This document shows positions 55,278 to 64,000 of a stretch of 64,000 bases of DNA, piece after piece. The position numbers and the translations under genes were made by a program. Each line of letters opens with the position of its first letter. The first letter of the stretch is position 1. The stretch spans positions 338-64,337 of the forward strand of contig JAADJB010000009.1 in assembly GCA_013151035.1 (NCBI GenBank), read 5' to 3'. The stretch is from Gammaproteobacteria bacterium (GTDB lineage Bacteria > Pseudomonadota > Gammaproteobacteria > JAADJB01). A model generated the notes under the pieces. That model was given only the letters and a program-made list of their open reading frames with translations, was not told the origin of the DNA and did not search any database.

Positions 55278-56420
55278 ATGCTTATTAAAATCCAGAGAAT
55301 CCTTGTTTTACTGTTGATCGCCTTACCCATGATGGCACAGACTGCCCCGCGCCCAGTGCCCAAGGCACCTGCGATTGGTGCGCGCAGCTTTATTCTGCAA
55401 GACTACAATAGTGCTTATATCATCGCTGCCAAGGATGCTGAACAACCGATGGAACCGGCCAGTATCACCAAGATGATGACCGCCTATGTCATCTTCAAGG
55501 AACTCAAGGCAGGCAATATCAAATTAACCGACAAGGTGACCATCAGTGAACGCGCATGGCGCATGGAAGGTTCACGCATGTTTATCGAGGTCGGTAAAAA
55601 GGTTCTACTGGAAGACCTGATCAAGGGCATGATTATCCAATCGGGTAATGATGCCACTGTCGCCCTGGCTGAATACACAGCCGGTGATGAAATCACCTTT
55701 GCCGCACTGATGAACCAGCACGCCGTCGCCCTCGATATGGTACACACCCACTTCGTCAATAGTACCGGCTGGCCTGATCCTGAACATATCACCACAGCCG
55801 CAGATATCGCTAAACTGGCCCGTGCCTTGATCAGCGAGTTCCCCGAATACTACAGCTGGTATTCCGAAAAGAAATTCACCTTTAACAATATCACCCAATA
55901 CAATCGCAACAAGCTGCTCTGGCGTGACCCCAGTGTTGATGGACTAAAAACCGGCCATACCGATTCTGCCGGTTATTGCCTGGTAACCTCAGCCAAACGC
56001 GGCGAGATGCGCCTGATCTCAGTGGTACTGGGCACCGAAAGCAAAAAAGCCCGCACCGAGGCGAGTCAGGCATTATTAAACTATGGTTTTCGTTTCTTTG
56101 AAACTCACAAACCCTATAGTGCAAACACCGAATTAACCACCACTCGCGTCTGGCAAGGCACACAGGAAAAGCTTGCCCTGGGTCTGATGGATGATCTATA
56201 CATCACTATACCGCGTGGTGAACATGCACAGGTCAAAGCCATACTAGAGATTGATGAACAGATTATCGCACCGGTGACCACCGGTCAGAAATATGGCTCA
56301 CTGGACATTCAACTCCACGACAAGATTATCAAACAACAACCCCTGATTGCCCTGCAAGCCGTAAAAGAAGGCTCCCTCTGGCAGGTCATTAGCGACAAGA
56401 TATTGTTATATTTCGAGTAA
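55278..56420 (+). CDS. dacA: D-alanyl-D-alanine carboxypeptidase (PBP5/6 family)
   Basis: SITKMMT (SxxK), SGN and KTG motifs. Signal peptide. 380 aa. Confidence 0.9.
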   Translation: MLIKIQRILVLLLIALPMMAQTAPRPVPKAPAIGARSFILQDYNSAYIIAAKDAEQPMEPASITKMMTAYVIFKELKAGNIKLTDKVTISERAWRMEGSRMFIEVGKKVLLEDLIKGMIIQSGNDATVALAEYTAGDEITFAALMNQHAVALDMVHTHFVNSTGWPDPEHITTAADIAKLARALISEFPEYYSWYSEKKFTFNNITQYNRNKLLWRDPSVDGLKTGHTDSAGYCLVTSAKRGEMRLISVVLGTESKKARTEASQALLNYGFRFFETHKPYSANTELTTTRVWQGTQEKLALGLMDDLYITIPRGEHAQVKAILEIDEQIIAPVTTGQKYGSLDIQLHDKIIKQQPLIALQAVKEGSLWQVISDKILLYFE

Positions 56421-56438
56421 CAAGGGAAATTTTAATCA

Positions 56439-57302
56439 ATGTCCATCGTCTATCTAAATGGTGATTTCCTGCCAATAGAACAGGCCCATGTCTCTGTTCT
56501 GGATCGGGGTTTTCTGCTGGGTGATGGTATCTATGAGGTGATCCCTGCCTATGGTGGCCGTTTGTTCCGTCTGACAGAACACCTGCAACGGCTGGATAAT
56601 AGCCTGGCAGCTATTCAGCTGAGCAATCCAAAGACAAGCAACGAATGGCAGGATATGCTGGAAGATCTGGTACAACGTAATGGCGTGCATGACCAGTCCA
56701 TCTATATTCAGATCACACGCGGCGTTGCCAGCAAACGCGAACATCACTTCCCTGATAATGTCATCGCCACCGTGTTTGCCATGAGTAACCCGATCCACAT
56801 CCCTGAACTCGATCTACAACAGGGCTACAAGGCGATTACCCACGAGGATATCCGCTGGAAATACTGTAATATCAAGGCCATTACCCTGTTACCCAATGTG
56901 CTATTAAGACAAAAGGCGGTTGAGGCCGATGCCGCCGAGGCCATCCTGATCCGGAATGGCAAGGCCACCGAGGGTGCTGCCAGCAATCTGTTTATTGTGC
57001 GTGACAAGCAGCTCATTACCCCACCCAAGGGTGGTTATATTCTGCCCGGCATTACCCGTGATCTAATCGTTGAACTGGCAAGCCACCATAATATTCCCCT
57101 GTGTGAAAAGGATATTAGCGAACAGGATCTACGCCATGCTGACGAGATCTGGATGAGCAGTTCAACCCGTGAGATCATCCCCATCACCCAACTGGATGAT
57201 CAATTCGTTGGTGATGGCAAGCCAGGGCCTTTATTCCGCCACATGGCAGCCCTCTACCACGATTGCCGTGAGGCTCTTCGCAATGGAGAAAAAAACCAAT
57301 GA
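56439..57302 (+). CDS. dat: class IV aminotransferase (D-amino-acid aminotransferase-like)
   Basis: Fold-type IV motifs (RGFLLGDGIYEV, EGAASNLF). 287 aa. Confidence 0.8.
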   Translation: MSIVYLNGDFLPIEQAHVSVLDRGFLLGDGIYEVIPAYGGRLFRLTEHLQRLDNSLAAIQLSNPKTSNEWQDMLEDLVQRNGVHDQSIYIQITRGVASKREHHFPDNVIATVFAMSNPIHIPELDLQQGYKAITHEDIRWKYCNIKAITLLPNVLLRQKAVEADAAEAILIRNGKATEGAASNLFIVRDKQLITPPKGGYILPGITRDLIVELASHHNIPLCEKDISEQDLRHADEIWMSSSTREIIPITQLDDQFVGDGKPGPLFRHMAALYHDCREALRNGEKNQ

Positions 57303-57568
57303 ACAAAACCGATGAAACCCTGTTTGAATTCCCCTGTGATTTTCCAATCAAGGCAATGGGCAAGATACATGAGGATTTCGAGCAGCTCGTTGTTAATATC
57401 ATTGATCGTCATGTCGATGATATTAGTACATGCAAGATAAGCACCCGTAATAGCAAAAGCAATGGTTATCTTGCTGTCACTGTCATCATACGCGCACATA
57501 GTAAACAGCAACTGGATGCCATATATACCGATCTCACGGCAACAACCGAGATCATCATGGCACTGTAA
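57299..57568 (+). CDS. ybeD: UPF0250 (DUF493) protein YbeD
   Basis: FEFPCDFPIKAMG N-terminus. 89 aa. Located upstream of lipB. Confidence 0.85.
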   Translation: MNKTDETLFEFPCDFPIKAMGKIHEDFEQLVVNIIDRHVDDISTCKISTRNSKSNGYLAVTVIIRAHSKQQLDAIYTDLTATTEIIMAL

Positions 57569-57580
57569 GCCATTAAAGCA

Positions 57581-58255
57581 GTGAAGCCGATATCCACACC
57601 ATCAAGTATCGCACTACACCATCTTGGCCTACAGGATTACCGAGATGTATGGCAGGCAATGCAGACTTTTACTGCCGAGCGAGAGGCTGATACCGAGGAT
57701 CAAATCTGGTTGGTACAACACCCCGCAGTCTTTACCCTGGGGCTGAATGGCAAAAGCAAACACCTGTTAAATCCGGGTGATATCCCGATAGTTAACAGCG
57801 ACCGGGGCGGACAAGTCACCTACCATGCACCGGGCCAGATTGTGCTCTATACCCTGCTCGATATAAAACGGCGCGACATGGGCGTACAACAACTGGTCCA
57901 TCAGCTGGAACAGATTATTATCAATCTGCTGGCAGACTACGATATTAGCGCACAAGCGCGTAAGGATGCACCGGGGGTCTATGTTGATGAACGCAAGATT
58001 GCCGCCCTTGGGCTGCGTATCAAACGCGGTTGTAGTTATCATGGTCTGGCACTCAATGTTGATCTGGATCTGGAACCCTTTGAGCGCATTAACCCCTGTG
58101 GTTATGTTGGACTACAGACCACCAGCCTCAAAAAGCTGGGGGTTAATGACAGCATTCCCATGGTCTGTGAACGGCTTTTGTCACATTTCCAGCAAGGGAT
58201 GGGATACACTATCCAGCCATACGATAAACACACAGCTACAACAGTAACCCTATGA
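57581..58255 (+). CDS. lipB: octanoyltransferase LipB
   Basis: Catalytic core (RGGQVTYHAPGQ, KIAALG). 224 aa. Confidence 0.9.
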   Translation: MKPISTPSSIALHHLGLQDYRDVWQAMQTFTAEREADTEDQIWLVQHPAVFTLGLNGKSKHLLNPGDIPIVNSDRGGQVTYHAPGQIVLYTLLDIKRRDMGVQQLVHQLEQIIINLLADYDISAQARKDAPGVYVDERKIAALGLRIKRGCSYHGLALNVDLDLEPFERINPCGYVGLQTTSLKKLGVNDSIPMVCERLLSHFQQGMGYTIQPYDKHTATTVTL

Positions 58256-58277
58256 ATAAATACTCTCTCCCGTTAAC

Positions 58278-58407
58278 TCAAGAGACAGGAATTACTCCTC
58301 TTTAGCGGAGACCGTCAGCCGCATGGACGCGGCTGTCGAGCCTACAGGGATGTATTCACGGCGTGTCTCCGATAAAGAGGAGCAGCTCCTGTCTCGCACT
58401 TACCAGG
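58278..58407. repeat. copy C of the GGGATGTATTCACGGCGTGTCT repeat family: nested inverted repeats (candidate MITE / structured RNA) inserted between lipB and lipA
   Basis: Outer inverted repeat GAGACAGG...CCTGTCTC. Inner inverted repeat CTCCTCTTTAGCGGAGAC...GTCTCCGATAAAGAGGAG. Central hairpin CAGCCGC-atggac-GCGGCTG. The core is shared with 24266-24313 and 39694-39716. Confidence 0.5.
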
Positions 58408-58411
58408 CATA

Positions 58412-59362
58412 TTGTTTTCAATGAATAAAGAAAAACCCATTAAACAACGCGGCAAGGAAAAAACTGCCCGTATCCCGATCAAGATCGAGACCACCACCCG
58501 GATACAACGTAAGCCAGCCTGGATTCGTGCTAAATCACCCGCCCACCCCGAGGTTCAACGGCTCAAGAAGATCCTGCGTGAACAAAAACTCTACACCGTC
58601 TGTGAAGAAGCCTCCTGCCCCAACCTGGGTGAGTGCTTTAGTCATGGCACCGCCACCTTCATGATTATGGGTGATGTCTGTACCCGTCGTTGTCCATTCT
58701 GCGATGTCGCCCATGGTCGACCAGACCCCCTGGACGCTGATGAGCCTGAAAACATGGCAAAAACTATCGAGGCGATGGGACTAAACTATGTCGTCATCAC
58801 ATCCGTCGACCGCGATGATCTGCGTGATGGAGGTGCCCAGCACTTTGCCGACTGCATCAGTGCCATTCGTAAACGCACACCCAAGGTACGCATCGAGATC
58901 CTGGTGCCCGATTTCCGTGGCCGCATGGAGGTCGCCCTCAAAATCCTGACCAACACCCCACCCGATGTCTTCAACCACAACCTGGAGACCGTGCCACGCC
59001 TGTATAAAAAGGCTCGCCCCGGTGCCGATTACCAATGGTCGCTCAAGCTATTAAAAGAATTCAAGGCACACTGCCCCGAGGTGCCCACCAAGTCGGGTCT
59101 AATGCTGGGGCTAGGTGAAGAAAACCCCGAGATTGAACAGGTGATGCAAGATCTACGCGAACATGATTGCAATATGCTGACACTGGGACAATACCTGCAA
59201 CCCAGCATTCACCATATTGCGCTGGATCGTTATGTACACCCCGACGAGTTTGATGAGTTTACCCGCATCGGTGATGCCATGGGCTTCACCCATGTCGCCA
59301 GTGGGCCAATGGTACGTTCTTCGTATCATGCCGATCAGCAGGCGGCAGGGGTGATTAAATAG
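58412..59362 (+). CDS. lipA: lipoyl synthase (radical SAM)
   Basis: CxxxCxxC ([10 protein letters not shown]) and the auxiliary cluster [12 protein letters not shown]. 316 aa. Confidence 0.95.
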   Translation: MFSMNKEKPIKQRGKEKTARIPIKIETTTRIQRKPAWIRAKSPAHPEVQRLKKILREQKLYTVCEEASCPNLGECFSHGTATFMIMGDVCTRRCPFCDVAHGRPDPLDADEPENMAKTIEAMGLNYVVITSVDRDDLRDGGAQHFADCISAIRKRTPKVRIEILVPDFRGRMEVALKILTNTPPDVFNHNLETVPRLYKKARPGADYQWSLKLLKEFKAHCPEVPTKSGLMLGLGEENPEIEQVMQDLREHDCNMLTLGQYLQPSIHHIALDRYVHPDEFDEFTRIGDAMGFTHVASGPMVRSSYHADQQAAGVIK

Positions 59363-59464
59363 GTATACTGCCCCCCTACCCCACAAAAAACAATCCACTG
59401 GCTCACCCAGTGAGCCATCACATCAGGTTAAAAGTAGCCCAAGTGAATTTGCATTATCAGCTTC

Positions 59465-59836
59465 TTATTTTGGTATGTAATTGACATCTGGTAAACCTTT
59501 AAAGTCAATATCTTGAGTCCATAGCGTAGCATTATATTGTTTTGCAGTTGTATATATAATGCTATCCGCCATTGGTAATTTGTACTTTAAGCTAAACTTC
59601 GCAGCAGCAGTTGAAATTGAGGACGTAAGCTCTATAATTTGTCCTTTTTGAATTGCCGCAAGAGCTTGTAACAGGTGATTTTCATCACTCTCTCGAAGTA
59701 TTACTTTTGATATTTCGTAAATACATATTGTTGGCACTATAAGTTCTTCAAGTTCTTTTATAGGAACAGAAAATTTTGTGGCATTCTGGCCACCTTCAAA
59801 GTATTCAAGCCAGCCTGAAGAATCGACAACATTCAT
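59465..59836 (-). CDS. vapC: type II toxin VapC (PIN-domain ribonuclease)
   Basis: 123 aa PIN-like acidic residues (D5, E, D). It overlaps the upstream AbrB-type antitoxin by 4 bp. Confidence 0.8.
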   Translation of the reverse strand: MNVVDSSGWLEYFEGGQNATKFSVPIKELEELIVPTICIYEISKVILRESDENHLLQALAAIQKGQIIELTSSISTAAAKFSLKYKLPMADSIIYTTAKQYNATLWTQDIDFKGLPDVNYIPK

Positions 59837-60048
59837 AACCTATCTTCTTCTCTAGTGAATGATGTATCAATACCTTTAAGAAAACCTTCAAGTTCACCTA
59901 TATCTCTTTCCGGGATAAATTCGATTCTGTTTTCGTATTGAACGACCTGCATTCGTTGACCAGGTGATAGGTGTAATGACTCTCTGATCTCTTTAGGAAT
60001 AACAACCTGGAATTTGGGTGACACTTTAACACTTAACACTATCAACAC
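59833..60048 (-). CDS. vapB: type II antitoxin VapB (AbrB/MazE/SpoVT family)
   Basis: 71 aa with a looped-hinge-helix motif (KVSPKFQVVIPKEIRE). Confidence 0.75.
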   Translation of the reverse strand: MLIVLSVKVSPKFQVVIPKEIRESLHLSPGQRMQVVQYENRIEFIPERDIGELEGFLKGIDTSFTREEDRL

Positions 60049-60116
60049 TCCTATCGATTCACGTAAAGTATTACGATATCTACATCGATATACTTTGTCA
60101 AATGCTAACTGGAAAC

Positions 60117-61319
60117 CTAAGCCAATGGTGGAAATTTTATCACAGGCGTGATGCCTGCCCGATTACACCAGGTACTCCAGCGACTTATTGATGTCTGTAC
60201 ACGTTCAATAACCCCCTTCATATACACAGGCTTCAACCCCACTGACTCCCCTACTCTCAGCATGTGTACCTCAGCAGGATCTTTGCCTTCCCCTGCAATC
60301 GCTGAGGTATGTTCACCATTGATACCATTCGAACAGGTTAAATCATAAGCGGGCGCAAGCCGCCATGCACCGCTTTCATCCATTAGGAAAGAGAAATTCT
60401 TGGAGTGATCATCCCTGTTATGAGCCAACACATTGAATGCCATCACAACAAAGGCACGTTCCACATCAGCAGCATTACGCGTCAATGTTTGCGTTGCCTT
60501 CAATACGTCAATATAGTCCAGTGATGGCAATCTAAAATCAGCATTAAGCAATCCACCAAGGGTATGCATGTGAATGCGCCGCTGCCCCTCTCGGTCAAAG
60601 CGTTTGATGCCAAACCATGCCTTACCGTTATTATCATAGAACAGTCGCGTTTCAGGCATATCGATACCTGCATCCTGCGCCATCAATGAATAGGCATATT
60701 CAATTCTTCCCGTATCAGGATGATCATCTGCTGGGAAAAATTTAATAATCCAGGGATCAAATCCTTCTGGTGACTCAGCCTCACCAGAGATCATTCGATC
60801 ATCACACAGATGCACAAGAATCTTGGGACACACACCCGCAGGAGAACCACCCGCCTGTGCTATTTGAGGCAATATGTCACTGACCCGACCTTCATAGATA
60901 TTAATAGCATTGCTAGCCATAGCACCAACATCAAGCTCAAAGGAATCATCCGCAATATCATCCCTGGCTGGCTCATAAGTCAACGCACCCATCGTTCGGT
61001 TCCCCATATAAGCAAGCCTGTCCAGTGGTGTCAGGTATCTCGTTTCAACACCCAATGAGCGTAAATGCCGATTCATCAACAACAGTCCCCAACCATCTGG
61101 AAGAGAATCATTAAACAGACCAAACAAGCCACCCCACGGCACCGCTTCTGCCGATACCGCACCCGCCTTCAACGGCAGGTTAAAGGGAGATAGTTCTAGT
61201 CCAGTAGATAAAAAGTCAGAGGTATATTCAAAATAGATGCGTTCCTGATACAAGGCCAATTGCCCAACAGCAATAGAACTACCGGGAGCCAGGGAATAAT
61301 GAACATTCAGCGCACTCAT
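60117..61319 (-). CDS. hipA: HipA-family serine/threonine kinase toxin
   Basis: HipA N-terminal coupling domain and a C-terminal catalytic motif (DDHSKNFS). 400 aa. Confidence 0.85.
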   Translation of the reverse strand: MSALNVHYSLAPGSSIAVGQLALYQERIYFEYTSDFLSTGLELSPFNLPLKAGAVSAEAVPWGGLFGLFNDSLPDGWGLLLMNRHLRSLGVETRYLTPLDRLAYMGNRTMGALTYEPARDDIADDSFELDVGAMASNAINIYEGRVSDILPQIAQAGGSPAGVCPKILVHLCDDRMISGEAESPEGFDPWIIKFFPADDHPDTGRIEYAYSLMAQDAGIDMPETRLFYDNNGKAWFGIKRFDREGQRRIHMHTLGGLLNADFRLPSLDYIDVLKATQTLTRNAADVERAFVVMAFNVLAHNRDDHSKNFSFLMDESGAWRLAPAYDLTCSNGINGEHTSAIAGEGKDPAEVHMLRVGESVGLKPVYMKGVIERVQTSISRWSTWCNRAGITPVIKFPPLA

Positions 61320-61669
61320 CGCCTGCCCCGCTTTGGCAAAGGCTGCTGCCGATCCTCGATCTCACGGATTGATGTTATCTCATCAGCCTCAAACAAAGAA
61401 TGCAATTTCCTGCTCTCATCCAGTGCAAAGGCAATCTTAAGAAAGTTCTCCAGGGTGATCTTTCCACTCTGTTCAAAGTTACGAATGGTTTCTGGCGACA
61501 CCCCACTCTTCTCACTCAAGGTAGTTCGTTTATAACCATAACGCAGACGCAATGCCTTCGCCTTACGACCCAAGCTCTTCTGTAAATCAGTTGGATTGTC
61601 ACGCAATTCTTGATATGTTATTGGTTTATTCATACCAATAATTATAGTTATATCTACTTTATTGGTCAA
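61316..61669 (-). CDS. hipB: HipB-like XRE-family HTH antitoxin/regulator
   Basis: HTH_XRE (LRLRYGYKRTTLSEKSGVSPETIRNFEQ). 117 aa. It overlaps hipA by 4 bp. Confidence 0.8.
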   Translation of the reverse strand: MTNKVDITIIIGMNKPITYQELRDNPTDLQKSLGRKAKALRLRYGYKRTTLSEKSGVSPETIRNFEQSGKITLENFLKIAFALDESRKLHSLFEADEITSIREIEDRQQPLPKRGRR

Positions 61670-61786
61670 ATATTGCTAGTTATTATTAATAATAGGTGAT
61701 TGGAAAGAATTGATCTATCCATTTAGTATGTTATGGTTATTATCATCTAGTTATATATGGATCGGCTACAAAAGGACATTAGAAAC

Positions 61787-64000
61787 ATGCCAGAAACATC
61801 CTACCCATTTATTGCACATAAAAGAAAAGACGGGCGTGAACAGTCACTTATTTGTCATCTCACTGAAGTGGGGGATATTGCTGCGGAGCTGGCATCGAAA
61901 ATAGGGGCTTCAGGTGCTGGAGAGTTAATTGGGTTATTACATGACTTTGGAAAGTTCAGTGTGGATTTTCAGGCATATATAGGTTCTGCTACTGGAAAAA
62001 TAAATCCAGATGAAGATAACTATGTTGATTTTAGAGGTTTAAAAGGAAAAATAGATCATTCTTCTGCTGGTGCACAATGGATATGGGAAACCTGCCATAG
62101 ATGGGGGGAACAAGGTCAGTTGGTTGGTCAGATGTTGGCAATATGTATTGCATCACATCACAGTGGTCTTATTGATTGTCTTAAGCCAGATGGCGATAAC
62201 GCATTTTTGGCCAGAATGAAAAAACTGGATGGTAAAACATATAAAAATGAATGTTTGAAAAATGCACCACAAAATTATCTGGATAAGTTAGAGACTTCGG
62301 TAGATAAGGAGTTGATGCAGGAAGCATTAACACAACTACAGAAAGTCATACAAATTGAAAATAGGAAGCTCCCCATAACTATCCAATCTTTTAATCTAGG
62401 TTTCTGGACACGTATGTTATTCAGTTGCCTGATTGATGCGGATCGAATTAATAGTGCTGATTTTGAATATCCTGAAAACGCTCAACATAGGAGGGACACG
62501 CCAATTGATTGGTCAACTCCGGTTAATCGTCTTGAATCAGCTATTAAAGAATTCAGCGGTGAAAAGGACATAGATGAGTTACGGCGAAATATTTCAGATA
62601 CTTGCAAAAATCGAGCAAAAGATACACAAGGAATTTATACGCTTACGGTACCCACAGGTGGAGGAAAAACCTACGCCAGTTTACGTTATGCATTACATCA
62701 TGCTCTATACCGTTCAAAGAACAATAAGGAAATGCCTGTAGATCGCATTATTTATATAATTCCATTTACATCAATTATTGAACAAAATGCACAAGCGATT
62801 CGCGAAGTGCTTGAATGTTCAAAAGATGAATTTCCATGGGTGCTGGAACAGCATTCAAATTTAGAGCCTGAGACACAGACTTGGCACAGCAAACTGGTTT
62901 CAGAGAACTGGGATGCTCCGATTGTAATGACAACAATGGTGCAATTTCTTGAGGTGCTATTTTCAGGAGGAACAAGAGGTGTAAGAAAAATGCACCAACT
63001 GGCTAACAGTGTGCTGATATTTGATGAAATTCAGACATTGCCGATCAACTGTACCCATCTATTTTGTAATGCGCTTAATTTTCTCACCAATTTTTGCAAT
63101 ACTACTGCTGTGCTGTGTACAGCAACTCAACCTTTGCTTGATCAGCTTAAAACACCAGAAAAAGGTCAGTTAGTCATACCAGAAGAAAATGAACTGGTGA
63201 GTGATGTACCTAAACTTTTTGAAGATTTAGAACGGGTGAAATTGAATAATAGGGTTCGTCCTAAAGGATGGACAACGGAGCAAATCGCAGATCTTGCCCT
63301 GGATGAATTTAATAAACTCAGTAGTTGTCTGATTATTGTTAATACCAAATCATGGGCGCAGCAACTCTTTCAAGCATTGCAGTCTGAAGTAGATAAAGGT
63401 GAAATATTTCAATTAAGCACCAGTCTTTGTCCCGCACATCGTAAAATGATCCTTGCTAAGGTTCGGGAACGGTTGGAAAAAAATCAACCCGTATTATGTA
63501 TTAGCACTCAACTGATTGAAGCTGGTGTTGATGTGGACTTTGCATCAGTGATCCGGTTTCTTGCAGGGCTAGATTCCATTGCACAGGCTGCCGGTCGCTG
63601 TAACAGAAATGGTTTGCGTGAAATGGCAGAAGTTCATGTCGTGAACCCGAGTGAGGAAAAAATTGATTTATTAAAAGACATAAAAATTGGCCGAGATAAG
63701 GCGCAACGTGTTTTTGATGAAGGCTTTAAAAATTTGTTGGCACCGGATGCAATTAAGCAATATTTTAAATATTATTTTTATGACCGTGCAGGAGAAATGA
63801 GTTACCCAGTATCTTCAAAACACTTAGGCAGGGATGATAATTTATTAAATCTGTTAAGTAACAACTCAAGAAATGTAGGCTGTAACAGTAATCCAATACT
63901 GCTTCGGCAATCATTTATGACAGCAGGAAAAGTGTTTAAAGCCATTGACTCACCGACACAGGCGGTTATTGTGCCTTATGGGGACGAGGGAGCAAAAATC
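61787..64000 (+). CDS. cas3: Cas3-like HD nuclease + SF2 helicase (CRISPR-associated helicase Cas3), 3' end beyond window; not present in supplied ORF track
   Basis: Own translation from ATG 61787 (RBS AAGGA) gives an open frame to the window end, more than 737 aa. HD motifs: ICH, LLHDFGKFSVDFQ, SHHSG, IDADRINSAD. Helicase motif I TVPTGGGKTY. Motif II reads IFDEIQT (DExQ rather than DExH). Motif VI is QAAGRCNR. Confidence 0.8.
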   Translation, partial: MPETSYPFIAHKRKDGREQSLICHLTEVGDIAAELASKIGASGAGELIGLLHDFGKFSVDFQAYIGSATGKINPDEDNYVDFRGLKGKIDHSSAGAQWIWETCHRWGEQGQLVGQMLAICIASHHSGLIDCLKPDGDNAFLARMKKLDGKTYKNECLKNAPQNYLDKLETSVDKELMQEALTQLQKVIQIENRKLPITIQSFNLGFWTRMLFSCLIDADRINSADFEYPENAQHRRDTPIDWSTPVNRLESAIKEFSGEKDIDELRRNISDTCKNRAKDTQGIYTLTVPTGGGKTYASLRYALHHALYRSKNNKEMPVDRIIYIIPFTSIIEQNAQAIREVLECSKDEFPWVLEQHSNLEPETQTWHSKLVSENWDAPIVMTTMVQFLEVLFSGGTRGVRKMHQLANSVLIFDEIQTLPINCTHLFCNALNFLTNFCNTTAVLCTATQPLLDQLKTPEKGQLVIPEENELVSDVPKLFEDLERVKLNNRVRPKGWTTEQIADLALDEFNKLSSCLIIVNTKSWAQQLFQALQSEVDKGEIFQLSTSLCPAHRKMILAKVRERLEKNQPVLCISTQLIEAGVDVDFASVIRFLAGLDSIAQAAGRCNRNGLREMAEVHVVNPSEEKIDLLKDIKIGRDKAQRVFDEGFKNLLAPDAIKQYFKYYFYDRAGEMSYPVSSKHLGRDDNLLNLLSNNSRNVGCNSNPILLRQSFMTAGKVFKAIDSPTQAVIVPYGDEGAKI

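Noticed and set aside
61670-61786. Possible CRISPR array or leader near cas3
   Set aside because: No repeat-spacer periodicity is visible anywhere in the window. The region is a simple AT-rich promoter.

Overview
This 64 kb window looks like a gammaproteobacterial chromosome segment (roughly 45-50% GC, Pseudomonas-like core synteny) with a conserved housekeeping backbone. Core genes on the minus strand: ychF-pth-rplY-prs-tRNAGln-ispE-lolB-TPR. Core genes on the plus strand: hemA-prfA-prmC ... moeB; later gatCAB, mreBCD-mrdA-rodA-mltB, icd, rlpA-dacA-dat-ybeD-lipB-lipA. Several accessory blocks interrupt this backbone. (1) The first 1.4 kb is the edge of a genomic island abutting the 3' end of a tRNA-Met gene; it encodes a 2-TM protein of unknown function. 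(2) There are two PEP-CTERM (exosortase-sorted) secreted proteins, one behind a sigma-54-type promoter. (3) A response regulator with PP2C phosphatase output sits next to a PAS-GGDEF(degenerate)-EAL protein. (4) A large atypical periplasmic nitrate-reductase-like respiratory cluster reads diheme cyt c - NapA-like 898 aa - NapG - NapH - NapG - unknown - NapH-fusion - NapF - NapC/NirT. It has no napD and lies divergently from a NarX/NarL nitrate two-component system. (5) The O2-independent ubiquinone module ubiU-ubiV / ubiT sits with an fnr homologue, and a TIGR01212 radical-SAM gene is translationally coupled upstream of ubiU. (6) A terminal defence island after lipA carries HepT/MntA, VapBC and HipBA toxin-antitoxin pairs plus the start of a cas3 gene (HD nuclease + SF2 helicase) that runs off the window end. 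The supplied ORF track omits this cas3 ORF. Non-coding features include three small repeat families, a 25-bp perfect inverted repeat between ubiV and ubiT, a canonical FNR box upstream of fnr, and an apparent non-ATG/GTG/TTG start for prfA. The repeat families are: REP/REPIN-like GGTGCG..CGCACC-CTAC palindromes; a roughly 70-115 bp TIR-bounded element sharing the core GGGATGTATTCACGGCGTGTCT; and GGGGTCTGTCCCCGGTTTTT hairpin units flanking one gene. I found no CRISPR array, integrase or transposase in the window.
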